DNA of 64,000 nt. Origin: Candidatus Poribacteria bacterium (lineage in GTDB: Bacteria; Poribacteria; WGA-4E; WGA-3G). The position numbers and the translations under genes were made by a program. Location: contig OZ243938.1 of assembly GCA_965214095.1 (NCBI GenBank), positions 4,832,001 to 4,896,000 of the forward strand, in the 5' to 3' direction. The notes beneath the pieces were generated by a model that was not told the DNA's origin, did not search any database, and saw nothing but the letters and a program-made list of their open reading frames with translations. Of the stretch, positions 1-10,031 are shown in pieces (the stretch's first letter is position 1; the number at the start of each line of letters is the position of its first letter).

Positions 1-490
1 TTGACCAAATCATTGCCCCTGTCGAGACATCCCATAACTTTGCAGTTTCGTCATATCCACCTGCAGTTACCAATGTTCTCCCATCAGGACTGAATGCAAC
101 ATCTTCTATGTCTCCCGCATGTGCAGATATAGCAAGTTGGAGGTTTCCAGTGTCAACATCCCACAAATAGAATTCAGATTCGCTACTACATGCAACCGTT
201 TTACCATCAGGACTAATTGCAACACTTGTAATGGGACCCGCATGATTAGTGAATAAATTGACTGCTTCACCTGTATATCCATCATATAACCATACACCGA
301 TAGAACTTGCAACCGCAAGGAGAGAACTATCTTGAGAGAAAGAGATATTACCATAAATCGTTCCCTTACCTAAACGTTTTATCGCTCCTTCCGGTAAACT
401 CCATTGTGAGTAATCTGCTGAAGTTGCATGATGCAAAAAGCACGTTATTGTGAGGAGGAATAAGAAAAAGGTTGACCGTAATGTTTTCAT
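1..490 (-). CDS. Secreted WD40-repeat protein, N-terminal part (runs off the window start)
   Basis: Hand translation from ATG at 490 gives MKTLRSTFFLFLLTITCFLHHATSADYSQWSLPEGAIKRLGKG...AVASSIGVWLYD...VAFSPDGRTLVTAGGYDETAKLWDV. It has the same 'LPEGA..RLGKG' N-terminus as the neighbouring WD40 genes. Not in the ORF track because no stop lies inside the window. Confidence 0.9.
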   Translation of the reverse strand, partial: MKTLRSTFFLFLLTITCFLHHATSADYSQWSLPEGAIKRLGKGTIYGNISFSQDSSLLAVASSIGVWLYDGYTGEAVNLFTNHAGPITSVAISPDGKTVACSSESEFYLWDVDTGNLQLAISAHAGDIEDVAFSPDGRTLVTAGGYDETAKLWDVSTGAMIWS

Positions 491-501
491 GATTATATCT
501 C

Positions 502-3024
502 CTATTTGCGGATTACCATTCGTCGTGTTTCTGTTAAACTACCTACTGTGAGTGTGTAATAATAGATACCACTTGCAACAGGTTCTCCAATTTCATTCTT
601 ACCATCCCAATGTGCCGCTCTGTCAGGATTGTTATATATTCCTGCAATCTTATGACCTAATTGCAGTGTCCTAATCAACTGTCCGTTAGATGCATGAATA
701 TAGATGTTAACTTCTGCATCTTTTGCCAACTGATAGGGCATCCATGTCTCTGGGTTAAATGGGTTTGGATAGTTAGGTAATAGTGCAGTTTCTTCTGGCA
801 ACAACAATGTCAGTAGATGTTCAAGAACAGTCCTTCCTCTTTTATAGACAGGTAAATGACTGTTCACTTGAGAAGCATCTTTGAGCCATTGTCGCACATC
901 AGAAGAAGAGAGTGATCGGATGGATGCTGCATATCTTGATGGGGCTCCATTATCACTTGCAAGTGCTGCAGCAACTAACAAAATATCCGCGACATCAATA
1001 ACACCATCAACGTTTACATCTGCTGGATTCCCTTCTCCTGATTGACCGAATTGGGTTGCGACAAGAATTAAATCTTCTATAGTTACAACACCATCACGGT
1101 TCACATCTTCAACACGATGTGTGATTAAATCTCCAATGTCAACAAATGAAGTTAAATCCCATATAAGTGCTGTTCCATCAGCACTACCGCTTACAAATGT
1201 CTTGCCATCAGGGGCAAAGTCTACATTAATGTTTCCTATTGAATGACCTGTAAGTGTAGTTATTTCCTCACCCGTATTCACATTCCAAAGACGGACTGTG
1301 GAGTCATCCCATCCTGCACCACTGACGAGTACCTGGCCATCCAGACTAAATGCAACACTTTTGACTTCATCAGTATGTCCAGTCAAAGTATATTTTTGAT
1401 TACCACTCTGAACATCCCATACTATCAATGACTTATCTTTACTTCCACTTGCAATATGTCGTGCATCCGGACTCAAATCTACACTGATTACTGCATCTGA
1501 GTGTCCTTCAAAGGTTGCTAAATTTGTTTCATCAACTACATCCCATAGGCGCACCGTCTTATCATAACTGCCACTTGCCAGCAAACGACCACTGTTATCA
1601 AAAGCAATTGAAGTCACACTGTTAGAATGTCCGATAAGAGTCCCCTTCTGTGTGCGTCCCCCATACCATAAATGTATTGTGGCATTGCCATTTGCAGCTG
1701 CAAGCAATTGGTCATCAGGACTGAATGCAACTGAATGATATCCTGAACGCGTGCCTTGGATTCCCTCTCCATATCCACGGACAACTGTAATCGGAACACC
1801 TGTATTTACATCCCAAAGACTTACGCCTTCCCATAATGAAGATGCAAGTACGGTCCCATCCGGACTATAGTCTAAATATAAATTATATGAATAACGAGAC
1901 CCAAAGAAAGTCGTTTTTTGCTGTCCACTAACTGTATCCCGCAAATCGATTGTGAACCAACGTCCTATTGCAAGCGTGCTATTATCAGGACTGAATGTAA
2001 TATCATTCACTGCGGAAAAATGATCTGCTATTGCCAATTTACGTGCACCACTTTCAACATCCCATAAATTCAATTCACCATATCCCCCACTCGCAATAGT
2101 TCTACCATCCGGACTAAAAGCGATTGAAGTAACACCTAACACATGTCCACTAAATGCTGTTTTGAGTTCACCAGTAGTCAAATCCCAAAGAAATAAACCA
2201 TCAAAACTACTGCTTGCTACCGTTTTCCCATCGGGACTTATGACAATGCTCCTAAAAGATGGAATTCTAAAATTACCTTTTCTACTCCCAGTGGATATAT
2301 CCCATAGTTGGATGGAGGAACTACCAGTGCTTATAAGAGTATTTCCATCAGGAGCAAATAGCAGCTCACGCATATTTTGGGCGTACCTTGTTAATGTCGT
2401 TAAAGGTGAACCTGTGTTAACATCCCATAATTCCAGCAACCGACTATCCGACTCACTTCTAAGAATTGCAAGCATCGTACCATCTGGACTCAAAATAGCC
2501 CCTCTTGACCCGTCTACATCTATAACCAAAGATGTTTTCTGATCACCAGTAGTAAGATCCCATACACGAATTTCCTTATCAAAAATACCAGCAAGGGTTT
2601 CTCTGTCAGCACTGATAGTGAATCTACGAATTCCTTCTGTATCTCCCTTCATAGACACTATAGAATTACCATCTGTAATGTCTCGCAAATGTATCGTGTT
2701 GTCGGAATCCCAACCTATATACGTCAGATCGTTAGGACCCAAAATCATACCAGGGTTAAATCGGAAACTCTCCTGCCGATTTTCGCCAATAAAATCCAGT
2801 TCCATTCCTGTACTGAAATCATACATCCAAATTCCTATGTCTGTATCAACAACCAATTGACTATTGTCAGAAGTAAACTGTAAATCGTTGATGGCACCTT
2901 TTCCAATACGTAATTTTGCCCCTTCAGGCAACTCCCATCGCATATACTCTTGAGCAAATGTAATAGATGAAAAGAGATAAAATATCAGAAAGTGTATTAT
3001 TGTAAAAACTCTTATAGTTCTCAT
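502..3024 (-). CDS. Secreted WD40 protein with dockerin-like domain and FlgD-Ig/T9SS-like C-terminal domain
   Basis: Signal peptide ending TFA-QE; repeated GH...SVAFSPDG..LASGS.D.TVRLWD units; duplicated DVNxDGVVxIxD Ca-binding loops; C-terminal LLPNYPNPFNPETWMPYQL...WDGKNE.GE.VASGIY.Y. Confidence 0.9.
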   Translation of the reverse strand: MRTIRVFTIIHFLIFYLFSSITFAQEYMRWELPEGAKLRIGKGAINDLQFTSDNSQLVVDTDIGIWMYDFSTGMELDFIGENRQESFRFNPGMILGPNDLTYIGWDSDNTIHLRDITDGNSIVSMKGDTEGIRRFTISADRETLAGIFDKEIRVWDLTTGDQKTSLVIDVDGSRGAILSPDGTMLAILRSESDSRLLELWDVNTGSPLTTLTRYAQNMRELLFAPDGNTLISTGSSSIQLWDISTGSRKGNFRIPSFRSIVISPDGKTVASSSFDGLFLWDLTTGELKTAFSGHVLGVTSIAFSPDGRTIASGGYGELNLWDVESGARKLAIADHFSAVNDITFSPDNSTLAIGRWFTIDLRDTVSGQQKTTFFGSRYSYNLYLDYSPDGTVLASSLWEGVSLWDVNTGVPITVVRGYGEGIQGTRSGYHSVAFSPDDQLLAAANGNATIHLWYGGRTQKGTLIGHSNSVTSIAFDNSGRLLASGSYDKTVRLWDVVDETNLATFEGHSDAVISVDLSPDARHIASGSKDKSLIVWDVQSGNQKYTLTGHTDEVKSVAFSLDGQVLVSGAGWDDSTVRLWNVNTGEEITTLTGHSIGNINVDFAPDGKTFVSGSADGTALIWDLTSFVDIGDLITHRVEDVNRDGVVTIEDLILVATQFGQSGEGNPADVNVDGVIDVADILLVAAALASDNGAPSRYAASIRSLSSSDVRQWLKDASQVNSHLPVYKRGRTVLEHLLTLLLPEETALLPNYPNPFNPETWMPYQLAKDAEVNIYIHASNGQLIRTLQLGHKIAGIYNNPDRAAHWDGKNEIGEPVASGIYYYTLTVGSLTETRRMVIRK

Positions 3025-3594
3025 TTTCGCTCCTCTCTTCGAATGACCATCCGACGCGTTGCAGAATAGGTTCCTGCTGAGAGTTTGTTAAAGTCAGGAC
3101 TATTCGTTCTAAGGATAACCCATTATAAAATAGTATTAGGAGTTAATATCCGTTCCCTGTCAAACTTAACAATTCAACATGAACCCTTACTCTTACATAA
3201 TGTTATAGCAAATCTTATGCCAGTTGTCATATTGCTAATACGACTGCTAATTGGGCTGCTTCTCATTAACTGAAGACACACTTGTAATCACTCAATTCAT
3301 TGCCTCTCCTACATTCTTCCCGCAGTGTGAACCAATAACCGCATTCTGAAGTCTTATTCATCAGAATTGTATTAGAAATAGTCATCCTGCACCAAAATGT
3401 GCATACAATTAGCATGCTGCACAGATTAGTGCATTTAGAAGGAATAGAACTTGAGAATATTCTGGATTTTGCAAATAGGACAGGTTCATGCCAAAGTCAG
3501 AAGGGATGATGCAATAGAAGAGGCAGGAATGCGTAAAAAAAATGGACAATGCATGATCGGATTTTCATACATTGCCCATAGATTTGAGAATTAC

Positions 3595-6483
3595 TTATTT
3601 CAAAATCAACATTTTACGCGTCGCTGTATACTTTCCAGCAGTTAGTGTATAATAATAGACACCGCTTGAAACGAATTCACCTAAGTTGTTTGTACCATCC
3701 CAATACGCTGCATTATCCTTGTGTTGATAATGTCCAGCAGATTGATTACCAATATCTAATGTACGTATCAAATGTCCATCCGTAGCATAGATATGAATAG
3801 CCACAGCTGCGGATTCAGACAATTGGTATGGAATCCAAGTTTCAGGATTGAATGGATTCGGGAAGTTTGGTAACAGGACAGTTTCTATCGGTGTTAATGC
3901 TACAAGTAGTTGTTCCAAAACTAAAATACCACGTTGGAAGGTAGGATCTGTCAATGTCAATTGTTTTGCTTCATCCAACCACGCTTGCACTTCTGATCTT
4001 GTAAAAGTATGCTCAACACCGTCCATCCATTTTGCGGGTGCAGCTGGAGTAGAAGAAGCCATTGCTGCGGCTACAATTGTCAGATCCACAATATCAACAA
4101 TACCATCACCATTGACATCTGCAAGATTGTCTCCCTCCTGTGAAAAGTTTGATGCAACTAAAGTCAAATCTTGAATGTTCACAACACCATCACCATTTAG
4201 GTCACCTTGTCGACGCATAGGTTCAGTTATCTGTGCCACACCAACACGCGCGTAATATACATTCCCTGAGATGTCGGTCAACCTAACCTTAGAAACAGTG
4301 ATCGTGGACGGCTTAAGGGAAACAACTTCAAATGTTAGGTCAGCCAAGGTACCCATCCCAAAACTCTGTCCACCAAGCGATGTCGCAGCAATCGTGACAG
4401 TATTCTCCTCAATAATAGGTGATACAGAATATGCCCCAGATGCAAGGAAATCTGAATTTGAACTACTCACATAACGTAAAGCGGATTCATCATATCTGAT
4501 GGTAGCTTGGTATCCAAAAAGACTACCTGCATTGGTTATATTAAGGTTGAATGTGAGGAGACCACCGATTGCCGGAGATTGTATGGGAGTTGGAGAAAGA
4601 CTTACAGTAGGATATGAGGTTAAGGGTGGCGTATAATTCCAAACAAGGACTGTGCCATCAGAACTTGCACTTGCAAGTGAATTGCTGTTCGGATTAAATG
4701 CAACACTAAGTACCCCACTTGTGTGTCCAGTAAGTGTCTCCAAAAGTTCCCCAGAAATAGTATCCCATAGGCGAACTGTGTTATCGTTACTTCCACTCGC
4801 AAGAATGTCACCACTACTATTAAATGCTACACTCCAGACTAAATCGGTATGTTCAGTAAGTCTTTCCAATTCAACACCGAAGATAGTATCCCACAATCGC
4901 ACAGTACCATCATCACTACCACTTGCAAGTATATTTCCATTGGGACTAAATGCAACACTTCTCACATAATTGGTATGTCCAACAAGAGATTTTATAAGTT
5001 CACCAGTACCTGCATCCCAGAGTCGTATTGTTTCATCCGTACTGCCACTTGCAATCATTTTGCCATCTGGACTGAATGCAACACTCAGTATTGAACCACC
5101 TTCTGGTTCAAGTGTCATAATGTGACCACCATAGAGAGCATCCCATAGACGTATCGTTCCATCTTCACTACCACTAACCAATCTAAATCCATCAGGACTA
5201 TATGCAACGCTCCAGATCCAATCTGTATGTCCTTCATAAGTTCTCTGATGTTCACCTGTGGAGCTATCCCACAGTCGTATTGTTCCATCATCACTGCCAC
5301 TTGCAATCGTCCTTCCATCAGGACTGTATACTACGCTCCAGATCCAATCCTCATGTCCTAACAACATCTGATTATGTTGACCTGTATTTGCATTCCACAA
5401 GTTTATTACGTTATCAGAACCACTACTGGCAATTGTGCTGCCGTCAGTACTAAATGTTGTGTCTAATATATAACCAGTATATCCTGTAAGTGCTTGTCGT
5501 TGTCCACCAAATATCGCATCCCATAGTCGGACCGTTCCATCTGCGCCGCCACTCGCAATCGTCCCACCAGTAGAATTGAAGTCAACACTAAGCACCACAT
5601 TCGTGTGGCCAGTAAGTACTTGTTGCGCTTGACCTGTTACGGAATCCCATAAAAGGACAGTGCCATCAGCACTACTACTTGCAATTGTATTCCCATTCGG
5701 ACTATATGCCACATCATATACAAAACTTTGATGTCCAATGAGTGTTTGCTTCAAAACCCCAAAGGCAGTATACCACAGGCGGATTGTTCCATCACGACTG
5801 GCACTTGCAAGGGTTGATTCAGTTGGACTAAAAGCGACACTATAAATAGAATCTTCATGACCTATAAGAATGTGTTCCTGTTCTCCTGTCGCAACATCCC
5901 ATATCTGAACAGAGGTATCTAAACTTCCGCTTGCAAGTGTCATCCCTGTAGTACTGAAAGTAAGACTGGTAACAGAATCAAAATGACCTGAAAGTGTTCT
6001 TTGATATTCTCGTGTAGAATAATTCCAAAGTCGTATAGTTGTATCACTACTACCACTCGCAAGCGTCTGACCATCCGAACTAAATGCTACACTTAAAACA
6101 GCATCTGTGTGTCCACTGAATGTATGTAAATGTGAACCTGTGGCAACATCCCACAGCCATATAGAACCATTAGCATTCCCACTCGCAAGCGTCTGACCAT
6201 CTTGACTAAAGGCAACACTATAGACTGTCTCAGTATCACCTGTTAGTAGAGCTGTTTCTGTATAAGTTTGTGTATCATAAAGCCAAATACCAATAGAACT
6301 GACAACTGCTAAATGTGAGCCGTCTGAAGAATATTCAACTTCACTTAACCTGCCTTTACCAAGACGCGCAGTAGCATCCTCAGGTAGATTTAATTGACTA
6401 GAGGTTTGAGCAAAGACGTTAGTCAGGAATAGTGGTGAAATAGTAAGTAAAATTAACAAAGAAAATAATCCGTTTGTTTTCAT
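3595..6483 (-). CDS. Secreted WD40 protein with cohesin-like, dockerin-like and FlgD-Ig/T9SS-like C-terminal domains
   Basis: Start moved to MKTNG (6483), which gives a signal peptide. About 14 WD40 units; a beta-rich TVSLSP...LTFNLNITNAGSLFGYQATIRYDESALRYV segment (cohesin-like); a GDLNGDGVVNIQDL/DVNGDGIVDIVDL pair; C-terminal NFPNPFNPETWIPY domain. Confidence 0.88.
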   Translation of the reverse strand: MKTNGLFSLLILLTISPLFLTNVFAQTSSQLNLPEDATARLGKGRLSEVEYSSDGSHLAVVSSIGIWLYDTQTYTETALLTGDTETVYSVAFSQDGQTLASGNANGSIWLWDVATGSHLHTFSGHTDAVLSVAFSSDGQTLASGSSDTTIRLWNYSTREYQRTLSGHFDSVTSLTFSTTGMTLASGSLDTSVQIWDVATGEQEHILIGHEDSIYSVAFSPTESTLASASRDGTIRLWYTAFGVLKQTLIGHQSFVYDVAYSPNGNTIASSSADGTVLLWDSVTGQAQQVLTGHTNVVLSVDFNSTGGTIASGGADGTVRLWDAIFGGQRQALTGYTGYILDTTFSTDGSTIASSGSDNVINLWNANTGQHNQMLLGHEDWIWSVVYSPDGRTIASGSDDGTIRLWDSSTGEHQRTYEGHTDWIWSVAYSPDGFRLVSGSEDGTIRLWDALYGGHIMTLEPEGGSILSVAFSPDGKMIASGSTDETIRLWDAGTGELIKSLVGHTNYVRSVAFSPNGNILASGSDDGTVRLWDTIFGVELERLTEHTDLVWSVAFNSSGDILASGSNDNTVRLWDTISGELLETLTGHTSGVLSVAFNPNSNSLASASSDGTVLVWNYTPPLTSYPTVSLSPTPIQSPAIGGLLTFNLNITNAGSLFGYQATIRYDESALRYVSSSNSDFLASGAYSVSPIIEENTVTIAATSLGGQSFGMGTLADLTFEVVSLKPSTITVSKVRLTDISGNVYYARVGVAQITEPMRRQGDLNGDGVVNIQDLTLVASNFSQEGDNLADVNGDGIVDIVDLTIVAAAMASSTPAAPAKWMDGVEHTFTRSEVQAWLDEAKQLTLTDPTFQRGILVLEQLLVALTPIETVLLPNFPNPFNPETWIPYQLSESAAVAIHIYATDGHLIRTLDIGNQSAGHYQHKDNAAYWDGTNNLGEFVSSGVYYYTLTAGKYTATRKMLILK

Positions 6484-6648
6484 TATGGAGTGTCTCCGTT
6501 TCTGTAATATTCCAAATAGAAATGCGGTTTGCATTTTTTAAATCCTTTCTCTTGTTTAGTGTATTTAATAGGCGTATTCAATCACGAGATAACCTCTAAG
6601 GCTTATGTAACATAATCAGTTAAAGCGTGATGTCTATACAAAGTTACC

Positions 6649-7485
6649 TTATGACCAAACATAAATTTCGTCATCGTCAGGAGAATAACCGATAAACACT
6701 GCCAAAACAATTCTGGCGCGTGTTCCTTGAACAGCAGGAACTTCGTGGATACATTGTGTATTGAAAAAGTAGAGATCCCCCTGTTTCAAATCAACTTGAC
6801 AGTTCTCTATACTATTCTCAGCAGCATATTGGTCGAATGTTTCTTCAGCAATGTAAGGTTGAACAGTTTCTGACCATAGACAACGGTGTAATATGGCTTG
6901 AGTTCCCTTCCCATTTGCATCTGCATTTTGAACACATAAAACACCTGCGAATTGGTGTTCAAAACGATAGACAGCATAATCAGTTCGTTGTTCGCGATAT
7001 TTTACACTGTCAATGTGTGGCTTGTAACTATGCGTTTCATAATGCACGCGAAAGATGGCAGGACCATAGAGAGAACCATCTTCTTCACGTGCAACCTTAA
7101 CATCCTTTCCTGGAGAAAGTGCCGCAAGTGATTCATAAATCAGGTGGACTGGATTGTCAAATCCATCAAACAGATGTTTAAAAAGATGGTGTGTGGCTTT
7201 CGCGTGTGCCAAAAAACCTTCTTTGTCATTTCCGCGATTACCAAGGCTTGTTCCAATATCAATACGCGTCCGTTTGTCTGCTGAGTTCATATCAACTTCA
7301 TCTCGCATCAATCCCATATTGGTAAAACGATTGATAAGACCGCCACATTGTTCTGCAGAATATGCATTTCGGAGAATAATAGCAGGAATCTCTGCTTGGG
7401 ATAGTGAATAGACTGGATCTTTATAGTTGGCACAAACTGTCTTGAGATCAGGCTCAGCAGGCTGCCATTTTGTTTGAGATTTCAT
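6649..7485 (-). CDS. 2-oxoglutarate/Fe(II)-dependent oxygenase
   Basis: HxD (PHIDS), distal His (GDLYFFNTQCIHEV) and Arg (RARIVL) of the double-stranded beta-helix fold. The start is uncertain (7485 or 7497). Confidence 0.7.
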   Translation of the reverse strand: MKSQTKWQPAEPDLKTVCANYKDPVYSLSQAEIPAIILRNAYSAEQCGGLINRFTNMGLMRDEVDMNSADKRTRIDIGTSLGNRGNDKEGFLAHAKATHHLFKHLFDGFDNPVHLIYESLAALSPGKDVKVAREEDGSLYGPAIFRVHYETHSYKPHIDSVKYREQRTDYAVYRFEHQFAGVLCVQNADANGKGTQAILHRCLWSETVQPYIAEETFDQYAAENSIENCQVDLKQGDLYFFNTQCIHEVPAVQGTRARIVLAVFIGYSPDDDEIYVWS

Positions 7486-7574
7486 ACGCGTCTCCAAAAG
7501 TTGTGTTTCCTGACTTAAATACGAAAATTGCTGTTCAGATAGATGCCGGGAAGGTGGTTTTTGTTGCCAATTAC

Positions 7575-8399
7575 TTAAAATTTAGGATTGAAGAGATAAT
7601 CATCCAATTTCTCTTTGACAAATTCTGCATTATGATCAAGTTCACTGTTCTCAAATGCTTTTTCGCAACCAGTCTGATATTTCAACCGTCTCCTTGAACG
7701 GAGCCAATGGATACGGTGAATCATCGCGATCATGTGGCGCGGTTTGTCAGATTGGTTTGGAACACCCCTATGCCAAAGACGCATATCACGTATTAAGGCA
7801 CTCCCTTTTTTCGCATTTCCCCGAATTGGTGGTGCGGTTTCACGACGTTCAGCTTCATGGTCATCATCAATATGTCTGCCACTCACATCCAGATGCGAAC
7901 CAGGCCACAACTCTACACTCCCATTCTCCTCTGATGTATCTTGCGGTGATATATTAACAACTACCTCTGCCGTTGGATGAGCAACTTCCTGATTCTGCCA
8001 TAAATGATCACTATCTCGATGTAGCGGTTGTATACCACTACCCGGGCAGTTCGTGTTCCCATTATAAAAATTGTTGTAGACTCCATCTCCAAGCAATTCT
8101 TTTGTCACCTGTATGACATAAGGATTCGCAACAATGTCGCTAAAAATATAAGGTGCAAACGGTGGAGGTCCCTGTTGTAGATGTCCTTTGAGCATTCCTG
8201 CACCACCCCATTTTCCAGCTTCAATCAACTTTTGCGAATCGGCATCCATGCGTTCCCTCAAAATATCCAGATGTTCATCTTTAATGATGTTTTCCAGAAC
8301 AACATACCCATCAATAAGAATCGCTTCAACGGCTTGTTTGACATGTTTATCAGAAAGTGTACCCGAAGATAATTCTTTTGGTTTAACTGTTATGACCAT
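7575..8399 (-). CDS. Phytanoyl-CoA dioxygenase (PhyH) family protein, KanJ-like
   Basis: DGYVVLEN, NTNCPGSGIQPLHRD, EENGSVELWPGSH and RDMRLWHRG motifs. The likely start MVITVK overlaps the lysC stop. Confidence 0.85.
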   Translation of the reverse strand: MVITVKPKELSSGTLSDKHVKQAVEAILIDGYVVLENIIKDEHLDILRERMDADSQKLIEAGKWGGAGMLKGHLQQGPPPFAPYIFSDIVANPYVIQVTKELLGDGVYNNFYNGNTNCPGSGIQPLHRDSDHLWQNQEVAHPTAEVVVNISPQDTSEENGSVELWPGSHLDVSGRHIDDDHEAERRETAPPIRGNAKKGSALIRDMRLWHRGVPNQSDKPRHMIAMIHRIHWLRSRRRLKYQTGCEKAFENSELDHNAEFVKEKLDDYLFNPKF

Positions 8400-9747
8400 C
8401 AAAAAATTCCTTGTAAAGTGCTTGAACGGCAATTTCCATATCAGATGACTTTACACCGAACATCATACTTACCTCATTCGAACCTTGGTTGATAATTTCT
8501 ATATTTACATCAGACTTTGCTAAGGCACAGGTCGCCTGCGCGGCTACGCCAACAGTATGCTGCATCCCTTCACCAACAACCATGATGAGAGATAACCCGC
8601 GTTCAACAGAGACATCTTCTGGAGCAAGTGTTTGCGTTATCTTTTCTACAACACGTTTCTCTTTCTCTAATGGTAAGTTCTGTTCGCGTATGATGACTGA
8701 CATGTTGTCAATACCTGATGGAACATGTTCAAAAGAGATGTTCTCTGCTTCCAATATCTGTAATAAACGTCTACCAAATCCTATCTGACGATTCATCAGA
8801 TATTTGCTGAGATATACACAACAGACATTGCTTATCGCTGCGATGCCAACAACTGGCGTTTCTCTTGAGTTACATTGAGGAACAATTAAAGTGCCTGCAG
8901 CTTCAGGATTATTTGTATTTCGGATATGAACAGGCACCATAGCACGATACACCGGTTCAAGTGCTTCATCGTGGAACACTGAAAAACCAGCATAAGATAA
9001 CTCGCGCATTTCACGGTAAGTAAGTTCTGATATTGGAGCGGGGTCTGAAACTATGGATGGGTTGGCAGCGAACACAGAGTCAACATCTGTGAAGTTCTCA
9101 TAGACTTCTGCACGAACAGCACTCGCAAGAATTGCACCCGTAATATCTGAACCACCACGGGAAAAGGTTACAATGTGACCATCACTTGAATAACCAAAGA
9201 ATCCGGGAAAAATCGTGATACCCGGACGTTCCCTTAAGTTACGCAAACGGTTATACGCTTCTGGCAGGACATGTGCATTTCCAGGTTCATCTGAAAGGAG
9301 TAGTCCAGCATCTTTCGGATTAACATAGTGTGCATCCACTCCATCTGACTGTAAAACCTGAGCAATCAAACGGGCACAATTATCTTCGCCTCCCGCCTTC
9401 ATCGTATCCATATATAGATCCGAATCATCTGTGTCACCTTCAAGTCGTTCTGTAAAGTCGCGTGCAATAGATTCAACTATCTCTGCGGGTAGTTCCAATT
9501 CCGCTGCAATATCCTGATAACGTTCAATCGCTTCTGCACACTCAGATGCACCAATCTTTCCCATCAAACGTTGTGATGCTGATGCAATCAGCAGATCAGT
9601 TACTTTAATGTCATTGCTGTGCCGCTTTCCGGGGGCAGATACTACGACTATCCTGCGGGCAGGGTCATCGGTAATGATATCACAGACTCGACGAACCTGC
9701 TCTCCAGTGGCGAGAGAACTCCCGCCAAACTTTGATACTTTTAACAA
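8383..9747 (-). CDS. lysC: Aspartate kinase
   Basis: KFGGSSLA, VVVSAPGKR, TFSRGGSDITGA and FTDVD motifs, followed by two C-terminal ACT domains (IINQGSNEVS). Confidence 0.93.
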   Translation of the reverse strand: MLKVSKFGGSSLATGEQVRRVCDIITDDPARRIVVVSAPGKRHSNDIKVTDLLIASASQRLMGKIGASECAEAIERYQDIAAELELPAEIVESIARDFTERLEGDTDDSDLYMDTMKAGGEDNCARLIAQVLQSDGVDAHYVNPKDAGLLLSDEPGNAHVLPEAYNRLRNLRERPGITIFPGFFGYSSDGHIVTFSRGGSDITGAILASAVRAEVYENFTDVDSVFAANPSIVSDPAPISELTYREMRELSYAGFSVFHDEALEPVYRAMVPVHIRNTNNPEAAGTLIVPQCNSRETPVVGIAAISNVCCVYLSKYLMNRQIGFGRRLLQILEAENISFEHVPSGIDNMSVIIREQNLPLEKEKRVVEKITQTLAPEDVSVERGLSLIMVVGEGMQHTVGVAAQATCALAKSDVNIEIINQGSNEVSMMFGVKSSDMEIAVQALYKEFFDGHNS

Positions 9748-9821
9748 TCCAAATCCTCCATAAATAAAATATGATATTAACTACAATTATACCATATTAT
9801 TTCTGAATTAGCAGGGTTATT

Positions 9822-10020
9822 TATAGTAAAGTTTAGAATTAAGAAGACATTTCAATGCACTTGCAAGTACCACAAGTCCCGTAGGGACGCGGTTTCCTCG
9901 CCCTCTGAGGTTAAATTCCCCAAGCAGTTAGGTTCGGTTTCCTAACCTAACTGCTTGGGTTAATCACTAAGTTGACAACTATAGGTTAGGTGTCAACTAA
10001 ATCTGAGGATTCACACTATA
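9822..10020. mobile_element. MITE-like element with TATAGT...ACTATA ends and internal REP-like hairpins
   Basis: Ends are tatagt (9822) and actata (10020). Inside are gtagggacgcggtttcctcgccct and the hairpin cccaagcagttaggtt...aacctaactgcttggg, which share the ggtttcctaacc core of the other repeats. Confidence 0.55.
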
Positions 10021-10031
10021 TCAAATAGAGC

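Noticed and set aside
106-354. 82-aa ORF from the track
   Set aside because: It is an off-frame shadow within the real WD40 gene that starts at 490.
3025-3594. Long intergenic region as a riboswitch or small genes
   Set aside because: No recognisable RNA motif, and the short ORFs lack an RBS or domain features.
6649-9747. Ectoine/hydroxyectoine cluster (ask plus ectD)
   Set aside because: No ectABC genes, and the dioxygenases lack the EctD signature FxWHSDFETWH.
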